Assembly: GCA_051362555.1 (NCBI GenBank)
Contig: CM120641.1
Coordinates: forward strand, 47,994,401-48,058,400
Direction: 5' to 3'
Origin: Lingula anatina
Lineage: Eukaryota; Animalia; Brachiopoda
Length of the DNA stretch: 64,000 nucleotides
The translations under genes and the position numbers were made by a program. Shown piece after piece: positions 1-13,056 of this stretch. Below the pieces are notes generated by a model. That model did no database searches. It worked only from the letters and a program-made list of their open reading frames with translations, and was not told the origin of the DNA. Every line of letters starts with the position of its first letter. Position 1 is the first letter of the stretch.

Positions 1-45
1 GTTCTCCGCTGCCGCCCAACTTCTCTTCATCACGCTGGCAGAGGA
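1..45 (-). CDS. Uncharacterised gene 1, candidate exon 4 (partial, runs off window): SSASVMKRSWAAAEN
   Basis: Acceptor gtttcgttccAG (+ ct at 46-47). Phase 0 matches the preceding exon's phase-0 donor. GC-rich open frame. Confidence 0.55.
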
Positions 46-1999
46 CTGGAACGAAACACCATCAACAGATAAATACAAAAAATCCTACATATAGCATGAA
101 CAGATCAACCACAAAAGTAACATATAATTCACTCAGTTTTCAGATTAACCTTATAATATGGAGTTCCTCTTCTAGAATCGTTTTCTACAGTGTACTCCAA
201 GACACATCAATCAACAATTACACCCAGCGGACTAAAACGATGAACTCCTGATTTTCATATACTAGTAGCTGAAAAAGACACAATTATTTCAATGGATCTG
301 ACACGGCACTTCTGTCTCACAATCTATTGTATCATTACTGTAACAAGCCAAAGACAGAAGAATGTGTTTGTATTCACTGAAATCTTGTAGAACAGCTTTC
401 AGTTTCTGTGAAATAAAAATAAAGTCTGTCGCAGTTTTTTCATGCACCCAACAAACGTAAACACTTACGTGCTGAGATGTTATTGGCAATTCACTAAAGA
501 CACAAATCTGCTTATTTGTAGAAACTATATCTGATCAACCTCCTACTAAACAGCACTAAACAGCTACTAAACTATGGGCACTGAATAGGTGTTTTGGTAT
601 CTTATGACAAGGTTTTGACATCCCAGGGGGGTCACCATCCATAAATAGTTGTGGTGGTATCAGTCAACGAGGTTTTTACTTCTAGGGAGGAGATCACTAT
701 CCACAAATAAAACGCTTTTCATATTTTATCAAAACGGGGAAAGTTATAAAAGAAATAATGGGTTGTCACCAAAGCAACTTGAAGAAATGGTGTCATTCAA
801 TCCTTGCATGTTCATATCACGTAAAAATTCACTTTGCTTGGGAGTATCAATTGAATCATCTAACAATGATGTTGCTAGTGGGATATGACAAAATGCAATA
901 CAAAACCTGGATGTAAGACAATAACATCATCCACTTTTAGTGCAATTGTTTTTATCCATGTTCAAGATCCATTAATTATGCTTTGTGTGGAATCTGCATT
1001 TTCTCATCTCACAGAAGTGCTGAACCTAGAAATAGGACACCTAGCTAGCTTTATAATGGCATCCTGCTTTTCTGCAAGAACAAATCCTTTTGCTATTAAA
1101 ACTTTGTAAGGAAAAAGGTCTGGACTTTTTCAAATTGGTTTCTATCCACCTCCTTGTCAGGACAAAATGTTTTTTGATAGCTTGCAGGTGAAAATTTTCA
1201 TAAAAACGTAGAAAATAAATAATGTTTATTTTACCACCCAATGACTCCCCTATGATGAAGCTATTTATTTGATATTTGGGTTAGGGTTAGGGTTTAAAGT
1301 CAAGATTTCTTTGGGGGAGTCAGAGTTTTATGTTACAACGGCCTTAATTTTTTTTTTTTTTTTTTTTTTTTGGTGGGGGGGTGGGGCTGCTATTAACACA
1401 TTGCCAGTTATTATGAGAACTGCAACATATTGAGTCACAGAAGACAAAGGTTCAATATTTTCTCTTCTTTTGTGCTGTAATATTTGCCTGAGATTGCATG
1501 ACAGTTAATCTGTCAGTCAGTCTGCACAGACAGTGTTAATGTGTGGGAATGTGCTGCATAGCCACTGCCACTTCCACATAACACGTCAACATGTTACAGC
1601 AAAGGAAACAGCAAATTTAACAACAATAAAGAACAGGTGAAGACTTTCAACATAACAATTTTTTTCATAAGAAATTAGTTTTTTTCACATCTTTATGAAA
1701 AATTACCTTGATATAAAGATGTGGCACACATTTCTCTGAGCCTACTGCCAAGTGCCCCCTCCCTTTAATAATAAATCCACACATGTTCAGCAGAGAAAGA
1801 CTGTAACCACAAATAACTGAGCATCCTCTTTAATATAAGATAAACTGCTGTCTCTCACTCCTCACCTGCATGTAAAAATAGGCATGAAACTGCTGAAATA
1901 CTGTTCCTCCAGTGCCATTATCCATGGTCATTTTCACAGTATTAATGTTATTGTACAATATAGACATCTCTTGCTATTCACCACTGGACCTGTTCACAC

Positions 2000-2667
2000 C
2001 ACCCTGAGCTTCAGAGCTAACTTGACACTAACCTCTTCACTGTAGCCTATCTTCATCGTGTCAAGTAACCTCTGACCAGATTCGATTGCCTCCGCCGCCC
2101 GCCAATCAAATTTAAAAGCCCGCACTCAATGACTCATTAAACGATCTAGCCAATGAACGCGAACGAGTCAAAGCGCGCTTTGTTCAAATCCGGACCAATC
2201 AAAGTTAAGGCTGAATATCAGGGACTTGCCGTAACCTGTGGGCAGCATGCAAATAACATCGTCTCTCAGTAGATAATGATGCAGGGCCTCAAACTGCTAG
2301 ACCCTATGGTTTCAATTCCGATTTACTCATATTTTGCAAAGAATCAAGAGATAACTTAACACATTCTTTTTCGTAGTCACTCGCCTTGCTTTCTTTGTGT
2401 ACGGTAATACACTCGGAACTACTCGGATGTCTCCGCACTCGACAATAACTTTGTTGTTAGTATGGAGCTTGCGGAATCAGCCGAGGATTGCCGATTGACG
2501 GTCAACCAATCAGCGTTTTCACCAAACTTTGGTGAAAAATTTTGAAACATGGATTTGATTGGCTTATATAAACTAGGTCAAACTATTTTCGTCAGAGGTT
2601 ACTTGACACGATGAAGATAGGCTACAGTGAAGAGGTTAGTGTCAAGTTAGCTCTGAAGCTAAGGGTG
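2000..2667. mobile_element. Non-autonomous DNA transposon, about 77-bp TIRs, 8-bp TSD GTTCACAC (hAT/P-like)
   Basis: 2000-2076 is a near-perfect reverse complement of 2591-2667. TSD at 1992-1999 and 2668-2675. CA...TG ends. Confidence 0.92.
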
Positions 2668-3120
2668 GTTCACACCCACTCGATCTAGGGACTAAAACAC
2701 AGCAGACTTTCCTCACCTACCAGTAAAGAATTATTTCATCAACTTGGCTTTCTTGTATCCTGACCAACTCATCATTACAACTGCTACATAAAAGCCTTTG
2801 TAATAAAAACATTAATGAGCTTGTAATGCACAATGGAGAGAAAGACTCTCAAAAGAGGCTTAGCCAATTGCTGGGAGTTAACGCAAAAGAGTTAATCCCT
2901 TTTAAAAATTCATCAAAAAATTATCCGAAAACATCTAACTGACGATTAAAATATGAAATGAAAAAGACAGCTTTCTTATACAGGATGTGAACATCACAAA
3001 TAAACCAGTTGAAAAAAACCCTGACATATGACTAATATAATAAGAGAAATATTAATCTTTTACCTGACAAAAGAAGAGCATGCGTGGCTCAAAATAACAC
3101 AACAGTAGACCAGCCACTGG

Positions 3121-3261
3121 CAGGGGTGGATCCCGAGTTATTTTCTGACAGTCTGCCAAATTATCTTTGTTCATCCATCCTGTATTTTTGACCGTCTTCT
3201 GACAGAAAAAATAGATACTTGAAAATTTGAAGACATAGAAAACGGCCTAAATCCGCCCCTG
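3121..3261. mobile_element. MITE CAGGGG(C/T)GGAT...ATCCGCCCCTG, 5-bp TSD ACTGG
   Basis: TIRs plus direct repeat at 3116-3120 and 3262-3266. Homologous to 12429-12597. Confidence 0.85.
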
Positions 3262-4416
3262 ACTGGTATTTGTTGTCATAGTCTGCATTTGTTGTTACGG
3301 CAAGTAGAAGAGTAAGAAAAACCATCAGCTCTGCGTGTCCTCCTCTCATAAGTCACCAAGTCATGGTCTCGTACCCTGATGCTTACATCAATTTTCCTAC
3401 ATTTCCAAGAAGTTGTCTTCAGAACAAAGAAAAGCCATTTCATGACAAGTTGGACTTTATCTATCTCCTCCCCTAGTTTTCCAACTAAGATTTCATAAAA
3501 GTGCACGATTTGACAATAATTCTTGAAACTGCACAATTGTTGCAGTATATTATCAGTTGTATTATAAGACCTAAATATCTATGAAGCACTATCCATCACA
3601 AGTTCTTATGGTATCCAGCACCAGAAACATCGACACAATTCATCTACATTCTTACCAAATGTCTCTATCCGTTTGCTAAGGCTGAACAACCACACCACCT
3701 CGTTGGACTTCACCATCAATCTGAAGCCTCATTCCTATAATTACCCAGTTTAATACCGATTCTGATCACCTTAGTGAAGATGGCCTGACGTAGTGTTCCT
3801 TGCCACATGCGTGACAGCTGACACAAACATACCTATATTTACCTGGTAATGACAAAATATCCCCACTAAAATAAACCACAGCAGAACTGATACACAACAG
3901 AAGCAACTTGATATCTGACAGCGAGACTGCCATCAATACAGACATTGCCCTCAAAACTTCTACAAGACAGTCAGGTGATGGTAGACTTGAAAAGAATTTC
4001 TTGAAGTTAAAGCAAAATGGACTTTCTCAGGAATGTGTCTTTTATTTTATTTATTTAGTAAGATTTAAAATTTGTCATTAAATAAATATCTTTTTTTTAT
4101 CATTTTTTTCAAGAAAGAACTTACAAATACAGGAGAAAGAAAAGAAATGAAGAATGAATACACCAATATGTACATACAAAAGATGTGAAATCATTAAATA
4201 TATTTCTTCATAGATTTTAACAATTTGCGTATTCCTATAAAATCAACCACATGGTAGCTCTACACTTTCTATTCTTAAATTTAGTTATCAATTGAATATC
4301 ACTGCTGAGTAATACCCTATAATATTGATAACTACAGGATTGTGTTAGAGAAGACCCAGTGTGAGGTGTAAGCACAATAGGGCTGGGATACATGAGGTGA
4401 CAGACAATTAGTATTA

Positions 4417-4631
4417 GACCCCATTTCCAGAGATTAGATCGATCTACTTTAGATCGACCTAACTCCCTGGGGGTTCCCGCTAAATAGCTGTCAGCCGGGC
4501 GGACACAAAAGTTAATTACCCCCTTACAGCTTGTAGTAGGTGGGACGGACATTTAAGCCGGATTATCTGACAGTAATCAAGTTAGACTCCCCATGGGGAT
4601 AGATCGATATAAAAGCTCTGGGAATACAGCC
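4417..4631. mobile_element. About 220-bp MITE family 'GATCGATCTA'; other diverged copies at about 19342-19590, 20673-20900, 33289-33536, 52003-52225, 61092-61247
   Basis: Shared blocks gatcgatcta, aactccc, ccccttacagctt, gacatttaagcc, gggatagatc. Imperfect terminal inverted repeats ccattccca/tgggaat. Confidence 0.8.
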
Positions 4632-4643
4632 TTATTTAACAAT

Positions 4644-4945
4644 GGCCACATTCAGAATAGATGATGGGAGTACTAACTGAGCCGCTGACTAAATATAGCT
4701 GACTAAATATAGCTGAACACACTTCAGAAGAGATCCCGCTGATTCCTGATGGTCTCTCCGCCCCCACACGCATCATGAAACGCATAAAATCTTGGCTCCA
4801 AGGTTTAATTGCTAGGCCCCTGCAGCGACGGCACATGTGGAGGTGGGAGACCATCCAGAATCAGCGTCAACTCTTTTGAAGCATAGTCAGCCTTATTTAG
4901 TCGGCAGATCAGTTAGTACTTGGATCATCTATTCTGAATGGGGCC
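4644..4945. mobile_element. MITE with GGCCACATTCAGAATAGATGAT TIRs (Harbinger-like GG..CC ends); relatives at about 38170-38547, 38840-39073 and, more distantly, 27390-27595
   Basis: 22-bp imperfect TIR. The internal aggtttaattgctaggcccctg block recurs at about 38325 and 38420. Confidence 0.75.
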
Positions 4946-5787
4946 AGTGAAAAATTCTTCCTGCATTATCACAACATACCTATTAATCTGATAGTTATGG
5001 TGCATATGATACCAAAATGCATGTGAAATACCACAAATGGCTCAATGACTTTCATATAAAATATTCTGATTATGCTGACAATGGAAGGTACTTGTAAAAA
5101 CCAAACAAAAATGTCCTCTCTGAGCTATGTCTAAGGGATTACACCCCTCTTCCTCTGTGCCATATAGAGCTATATGTCTAAGGGATTACCCCCCCCCCCC
5201 CCCCCCCCCGTGCCGTATATAGAAGGGTTTACACCCCTATCTCCCTCTCTCCTTCTGTATCAGGTGTGACTGTTGTTTAGCCAAGGTCAATCATGCCAAG
5301 CAGTGACCCCTTTCCTGATTAGGACATGGCCAATGACTCACGGCCGTTCACCTGACTGTTATGGTTCACCAGCTTCTGGCTCGGGGTCACCACGTGCACA
5401 TTTGAATTCTATGCCACATGGTTTCTATTCTTGTATAAATACAGAACTTAAATGCAAAACTGGTAAACCTATTTTCACTTAGTATAAAAACCAGTCAAAG
5501 CTCGGTAAAGCATGAACAAATTCTTGCATATCATAACATATATAAAGGGGGGTGGGGGTAATGACCTAATCATTAAAAGACCTTGAGTTAGCACTAAGCC
5601 GAGTGGCACTGACATATTCTGCAGTACAAAACCTGAATAACAGAAACTTGATTTGCAAGCATAACCAGATAACATCACTATGATTGTTCAGATTATATAC
5701 AGCATGCAAAATAATAATGACTATAATATTATAGTTATATAAAAACTGAAAACAGTGTATTTAGATCACCTATAGGTGAAATTTTAA

Positions 5788-6121
5788 AGGGATAAGAACT
5801 GTTCATTTTGGCCAAAAATAAAATTGAATTTTCCTGGGGCAAACAACAATTTTCCCATACTTACCAGTGGTTAATGAATCCATTTCTAAATTAAAAGTTA
5901 GTCCCTGTTTTTTTTCTAAAAAGTTTTCTTTTGTAAGAGAAAAAGAGATTATAACAGAAAGCCATCTATGGAGGTAACATGGTCCGATGGCAAGCACAGA
6001 TTTCAGAATAATTGCTTTAATTGCCATTTTTGTGGTAAAATGGAATATATTATATTTCTATGAGTTGTTTACAAGGTTTTTATTGTGAAATATAGATGTC
6101 ATACGAAGAGCTGTTATCTCT
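5788..6121 (+). mobile_element. Kolobok-like MITE (AG...CT ends, TTAA TSD), about 335 bp
   Basis: TTAA|AGGGATAAGAACT ... GTTATCTCT|TTAA. Colinear with the copies at 19771-20093 and 60292-60629. Confidence 0.85.
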
Positions 6122-7463
6122 TTAAGATCCTTTTCAGTTTTCATGTAAATATCCCACAACATGAGACAGGAAATATTTCAAAAGAGAAAAAACTTTAATA
6201 ACTACATCTTCCCACTATCCTGGACTCAATCTAGAATAATAACATAACCATAATTTACTGCCTTGGAGACACATTGTCATATCATCAGATCTAATATCAT
6301 AAACTATTTAAATTGCACAACAGCATGGAGAACCACTGTCTTTTATCTTGTATTCAAATCTTTTATGGAGTTTACCTGCATGTCGCCTGCTACTAGTAGT
6401 CTTTAACACTCTCCACTTTCTACTCGATGCAAAAGATGTTTGTTAACTGTAACTTAAGCTGGAGATCTGCACATGCCTTATATTGGCCTAGTTATACATG
6501 CAAAAAAATGACTCTTTTCTAGTATAAACCTGCATCTAACCAAACCATGTGCCCCTGCAGAATATCTCAATTTTTTACACATGACTTTCTTGGTCCCAAT
6601 TCCCTGGATGTGTTTTGAACTATGTCATGTAGATACTAGTAATGCCAGACCTCTAAGGGTTCACCAAAGCATCTCATTTCAAATAATTTTACAACAAATT
6701 ACAGTACAGCCACTGGTTTTTGTCACAGTTGTGTGTTTATAAGCTGAATTAAACAAACTCCACACCAGTTCATGTGTCTGACATGCCTTCTGGATATGTC
6801 CCAGCTCAGTTTGAATGCGGCTGGCGCCCCCTGCGACCTTTGATTGAGAGTCAGAACTTCACGCTGTACGACCATGATTCATTTTATAAAATGAATAGAT
6901 AAATTTCACCTATTGTTGAGTGGTGAAGTGGTAATAAGTGGTGACTTTCCAGTCACTCATGGGTCACAGTTAGGCACGCAAATGGCACATTAGTGGGATT
7001 GTATGGCTTTTTTTTCCTTTTCTACAAATTTAAAACAAATATCTGGTAGCTATGTTTAACACCCAGCAAATCAAAAACCAACTATAATTTTTGGAAGCAT
7101 GTCCCTTGAAATTAATGAGATCCCTCAACAAAACGACAGTGTTGACGATTTCCAACTAGTTATAGACTGCATGTCTTTGGTTAAATTTAAGGCAGTCTAA
7201 AAATGTAAATGACTCCAGTTTTCACAATTTTCTCCTCAAGTTTAGTAAATATTAGGCTTTGACTTAAACACACAAATGAGCTAGGCTAACTGCCAAAGAT
7301 GCCAGCAACTTGGTAATTTTGATTTTAACTTCATAATCTATGATGGTCCTCATTTTTTCATTTTTCCAAAAGAATGAAAACTATTAGCATTTTTATGTGC
7401 AAAGTAAATAAAATGGTGTTTTCGAATTATATGAGTGTGGCAAAAGCCTTTAAAAAGTCTCAC

Positions 7464-7558
7464 CTCTGATCCTTTGCCAGTCTTCAAGGGGAGGCCCTCA
7501 CCTGGCCCTGCCTGGTCTTCTGTACACCCTGGCATGGGGGCCACTACTGGTGCTGACC
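7464..7558 (-). CDS. Uncharacterised gene 1, exon 3 (RSAPVVAPMPGCTEDQAGPGEGLPLKTGKGSE)
   Basis: 95-nt GC-rich island with acceptor tttgtgcAG and donor GTGAGA. Phase 1 in (fits donor at 11176), phase 0 out. Confidence 0.7.
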
Positions 7559-10500
7559 CTGCACAAATAGACCATCAATATTATTATCACACAACACAGT
7601 CACTGGACTGTTAAGCAAGGGGAATAAATAATAATCTGCCAATCACTGACACAATACAGAACCTATAATGCAACAAACAGTAGCCTCCTTTATATTACTA
7701 ATCCCATGAAGTCAAAGCGTCAAAAATAATTCATCAAAAATATTCGACATTTTTAAGCTAATCTCCCTAAAACAGGTCAACTCCAAAGCTTTTATTTAGT
7801 TTTTTATAGCATGAAGTGTAACAAAATAAGCTCCCAACCCATTTTCTTAACTTAATTCCTAGCAAAACTGATAAACTTTATCTTTTTAACTGTCTATGCG
7901 TTCATGACTGAGGTAAATCATTTTCGAGTTTTAGATTCCCTTCTACAAGATGACAGAAGCAAATTATTCACCTGGTGCAAAGACCAAGTCTGAACTGGTT
8001 GAAAAGATCTAATTGTGAACGTAAATCATTACTCTAGGCTGCGATGTGATAAATATAACTACAATGAAATCATCCCCTGAAATCTCCACTTTTTTCTCTT
8101 ACTTTTGTAACCACTGCCCAACGTTTTCGGATTTTTTTCACTAAGCCACTGGTTTTTCTCCTTCATCCATCAAAAGGTATTGGTTCATGTGAAATAATTC
8201 TGGAGCATGTGCACATATGTAACAATCTCCAAGTTTAAAACAAAACACCGTACATTTCTTGGAACCAGAAAAAAAGACAACTAGTATAACTAATAGAACA
8301 TCCGAGATCCGCGTGTGGAGTAAATCCCTAGCAACATGACACCATCTTACACAACCAAAATTTAAATTGATTTAAGAACGGGGTCGTGACCCAGAAATAG
8401 TACTTTTAGAAATAGAGCTCCCCTAAGGCAATGAGCACAAACCTGTTTTACTAGACACCAAAAGAAAGATAGTCAAAAAATAAAAACATCTGAGCTAAGA
8501 TCAACACGTTAAAGAGGACCTCATCCACTTCACGGTTTCTGACTTCACTACGCTCCACTAAATAAATGTTTACATTGTATAAAATAATACCTTGAATAAA
8601 TACTTTTCAGGAACATTTGGCTTTTTAATACAGGTATTTTTGCTTGATAACAATGGCCAATGAGAACAGGTCCTGTGGGCATTTGATGGTGAAGTAAGTT
8701 TTCATTGAAAACTAATGATGGATGAAGGAATTATAATCCAGCCCTGCAGGGGGTGGGGGTGGGGGTGGGGGGTGGGGGGCACTTGCCTGTATTTAGTCTA
8801 CCAAGTGACCCAGTTGAGGATCTTTATCAGTCATTGCCCTGAACAGGGACACTACACTTGACCAACCAAGCTCTCCACACCTATAAATGTCTACCTCTTG
8901 ATATGTTAGACCAAATTGACCGAGTCTCATAAACAATAATTGCCCTTTGCTATCACAGACCTTAGATTTAGGAGCATGATTGCAAAGATTAACAAATAGA
9001 GCCACAATATCAGTGCACAAACATAAAGTAGAAGCCATAAACATCACATCGAAAAACACAAACAATTTGTGCAGCTTTCACCCTGGTCACTGGCTGTCTA
9101 TAGTACATACATGTAGGTCTGACTGCCTTAAGTATCTTCAGTAATTATTATTTAATTCATAGGGTCAGTATATATGAGTTACAGTTTTAAGTACTAGTAA
9201 GTGTTGTCTATCATGCAATGTTGTACACTATATGAATTCATTGGGTCAGTGTATCTGAGTTACAGTCTTAAGTAAGTGTTATTTATCATGCAATGTACGC
9301 TATATATAAGGTCAGTAAAAACAGATCAAAATAACTAATAAAAGTGCTGAACCTAGGAGAGTTTTGTTGTCTTCTTGGCTGTGAAAAGATTACCAAAAAA
9401 TGCCATTTATATTCTTTAAATTGCATAATTATACAAATATTTGAACTTGCCCTGCATTTTGATAAAATAAAAAATCTCAATAAATTCTGAAAGAAAGCCA
9501 TGATTCTGGAGTCATCAGAAAAATGATATTATACACTCATGCAAAATACCACAACAGGTACAATAATGCTTCCATAAATTATCAATTTGTTCAATTTTTT
9601 TAATAAGACCTACATTTTATCATGCAAAACCAAATTACATAGACAGGCAGAGTGCATCATTGTATATAATAAACTGAAAGGATAATTTACGTTTAAATTT
9701 CAGTCCCATTCTAATGCAAAAAGTAAATGTTAAGGTGAATATTCCAAATAAAAATACTTCTCTATGACAAATGCAATCTTCAGCCGCATACTTTTTGCCA
9801 TAGATATTTGACTGTCTTACCTGTCACAGTGTTCACAATATTGGACATTTTGCATCACTTCACTATGGCAACAGCAGAATTATATATGAAAATCTTTGCT
9901 ATCCCCACCTAATCTCGTATATCCTTCAGAAGACCCAGACATACAGATATACCAATCAAAAAAAATTTTTTTTTTCAAGTTTGCAATCTGTCGTCAATTA
10001 TATGCCATGGTAGATAAAAACGGGTAAAAAAATGCCTCATTTATTCTCTCTTTTTTTCTATTTTACAAAGAAAGGGTAAAATTAATCACAAACTTAATCA
10101 AAATTTTGACTGATTACGTAAAGATCAGTTTATCTTGACCTAGATTTCTACAATCCCACGCCAGCAAGTTCAGACGTATCAGATGGGTCATACATAAACT
10201 AAAGTTGTGTAATTGTCACTAAATTCTTGTTACAGCATTAAATTTGCAAAATATACTTCCACATCTTTGTTGTTAAGTATGATAAAGGACTTGTAACACC
10301 TGTCTCAAGGCCTTTCAAACAATTTTCAACCTTGAATAACTCTTTACATGATAGGGGTAATGTGCACAAAACAGCTCAGTAACTTTTCACTGACAAAGAA
10401 GGACTGTTCTTGGGTAGAATTAAAATTAAATGCTATCCTCAGCAGACATGCTATATATACCCATCCAGTTACTTAAAAAAAATAAATAAAGGGGCTCCTG

Positions 10501-11175
10501 ATTTAAAATATATTTAAAAAAATAAAATCTTCCTCTCCCACTGAATTCCAACCCATTTTTATCATTTACACTTTCTAGACCCTCTTTCACACATAAGAGG
10601 AAGTCCTAAAAAAAAAAAAAAAAAAAACCTGAATACATCTACATGTATGACAAATGCCCAAAACATTAGACTCACCCTTCAAGAAATCAAAGAAAACCAG
10701 AAGCATGCGTTTTTTCGTTGTTTTCCCATCATGCCAAACACAAACACTCTGTGTTGTTAAGTATCAAATGCGGCATTCATGTGCCTGTAAATGATGTGTT
10801 TAGTACACTTTGTTTACACCAACAAGCCAAGGTCAGAAATGTATGATTTTATCTGTCTAATTACGCAGTTTGAATTTTGATTACCGAATTTTCTTTAATC
10901 CAGTTTTCGTTGCAATCTTGAAGGCATTAGCTATACAGTTTGCAGCACATTTAAAGCTTTCTATCTCTAAATCAACGCAACTGTTTGGATTGAAATTTAA
11001 AACACTTCTTATTTACATGATATGAGAGCTTAAGCTGTCATGCTTTTTTCACAATGCCCATTCAAATTTGAAAATGAGCCATTTTCTGTCGCTTTCTTGA
11101 AGAGCAAGTCTAGTCTAAAAGATGTTAAATAAATTCAGTTTTCATTATATTGCTTATATTTTCTGTAGTACTTAC

Positions 11176-11890
11176 TTCCTGCAGATTGCTTCAATAAGGC
11201 ATGAACCAACTTCAAGTTACTGTTTTCCTTCCAGTTGCCATACAAACTGTTCCCATTTCTTGGTGTGACAGCTTTCCAGTTTTTGGTCAGCATTTCAGTC
11301 AACAGTCTTCTGTGTGACACAGACAGTGGAACACTGGTTTGACTGCCTTGTCCGTTTATTTCCACTGGTTTATCACACCCTCCTTGTGCTTGTTGATTGC
11401 CTTTCCCTGCTCTGTCTCCATTTACTCTGTGAGAAGTGAGACTGCTCTCTCCTTCTTCACAAAGCTTTTCTGAAAAAAGTTGACTTTTTGATTTTTCAGG
11501 AGCTGATTCTCCGTCCTTGTTTGCATTGTCACTGGTTTTCACCTGGTCTGTACTAGTACTAGTAAGTAACTTCTTCAGCAGATCACTTGAATTATCCACA
11601 GTCTCTTCCCCTCCGCTTTCCTCCCCCTGGACCTCTTCCCCCTGGGGCTCCTCCCCCTGGGTGTCTTCCCCTCGGCCCTGTTCGGGACAACTGTTCTCAA
11701 GTGGTATGTCCATAGGTACTGGAGTTAGTATGTCTCCAGGCATCACCTGCTTACCATGACACTTCATTCTTCTTATCTTTTTCTCAGTGGTAAACACTCC
11801 ATCTAGAAGTCCAATGCATGGGCAGACTCCACATACATGATTTGCTGCATTATAGTTCAATAATCTTCCACTGTTGCATAATAATCCTTT
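11176..11890 (-). CDS. Uncharacterised gene 1, exon 2 (Cys/His segment, then acidic low-complexity region with GEExQ repeats and an LKKLL motif)
   Basis: Overlaps the 241-aa ORF 11135-11860. Acceptor attttcAG at 11891-11892 and donor GTAAGT at 11175. 715 nt, phase 0 in, phase 1 out. Confidence 0.75.
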
Positions 11891-12428
11891 CTGAAAATCA
11901 CAAATATTAAATAAATAAATTTACATTGGCTGGAATGAGTTTAAACAAGTTCTGTCTGCAACCTAAAATCATCTTAGTGCAGTGTTGAAAAAATAGTTCA
12001 GACAAACTTGTTTACTGGCTGTCAGATCAGGACCTCTGACATCTTAGAGAATAAAGCAGTGCACTAAGGCCTGTCTGTCAACATCCCACAGGTAGCTGGA
12101 GAATACTTAAATAGCTTCAGGGTTGCCACTTCAAGACACAGGGGGCATTTTGCTTTCGTTTCTTTTTTAAATCTTTCAAAAGGGAAAAGCATGCCAAGTT
12201 TCGTGATTTATTAGCATCATGACTTCGGCATACGGTGTCTAAATGATTTATATGTTATTAATTAAAGAAAAAATTTAGAATTCACACAGTGGACACATAA
12301 GAGAGAGGGATGACTTATTGAAATGAGAAATATGTGCACAAGTACAGTGCTTTAAATCATGGGAAAGGTTATGTTTATAATGGGTGTAAGGGAAAGTATC
12401 AAAAACATGATCAAAATTGGTTACAGTA

Positions 12429-12597
12429 CAGGGGCGGATCCAGAGATATTTTCTGACAGTCTTCCATGTTATATTTGTTGATCCATCCTCCATTTTTTGA
12501 CCGTCTTCCAACAGAAAAAATTAGATACCCGTCAATGTAAACTTGAAAATCTGACCGTCTTCCAGAAGACCCAGAAGACGGCCTAAATCCGCCCCTG
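12429..12597. mobile_element. MITE of the same family as 3121-3261, 5-bp TSD CAGTA
   Basis: Same TIRs and internal sequence (ttttctgacagtct, tttttgaccgtctt). CAGTA on both flanks. Confidence 0.88.
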
Positions 12598-12855
12598 CAG
12601 TATGTAGAGAAATCATGCAATATGTCAATTTTTCTTAGAAGAACTACGTCTTTGATGCTACATTGAAAAACATACAAAAATGACCCTATTCTATAAAACA
12701 AGACTTGTCAGATGAGAATTTTGCTTACCAGAAAGGAAAAAATACAAAAGGATCTTTTCAACTGTGCACTCAACATCATAGAATTTCATCAACTGTGTTA
12801 TATAATAAGCATAAAGTCATTTTTCTTCAATTAACAGCTAATATTGACAGCTTAT

Positions 12856-13056
12856 GTTACCTCCAATATTTCTAGTGTCTCAGAGCGTCTTCATCAGGGA
12901 ACGAGGCTATCCAGGTGAATAACCTCTATCCAGGAGATATACTAGGAGATATATTTTTATATATATACTAGTAGAAGTATAAAATAAGGTATTTCACCTG
13001 GATAGCCTCATTTTCTGATAAAGATGCTCTGTCAGAAATCGAAATATTGGAGGTAA
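12856..13056. repeat. Imperfect about 200-bp inverted repeat with hammerhead-like cores in both arms; related sequence at about 44275-44406
   Basis: ttacctccaatattt...gctatccaggtgaa pairs with ttcacctggatagc...aaatattggaggtaa. Confidence 0.7.

Noticed and set aside
626-1250. Possible element with GGGG(G/A)GTCA ends
   Set aside because: Terminal match is short and imperfect with no TSD, so it cannot be supported by eye.
1278-1295. Telomere-like GGGTTAGGGTTAGGGTTT
   Set aside because: Under three units. Such short tracts are common inside invertebrate repeats and are not evidence of a telomere or fusion.
5120-5240. Short local direct repeats (also 9155-9296)
   Set aside because: Ordinary small tandem duplications with no sign of function.
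7187-9131. Possible TTAA-flanked element with GGCAGTC ends capturing an exon
   Set aside because: Only 7 bp of terminal match with no further similarity, which is compatible with chance.
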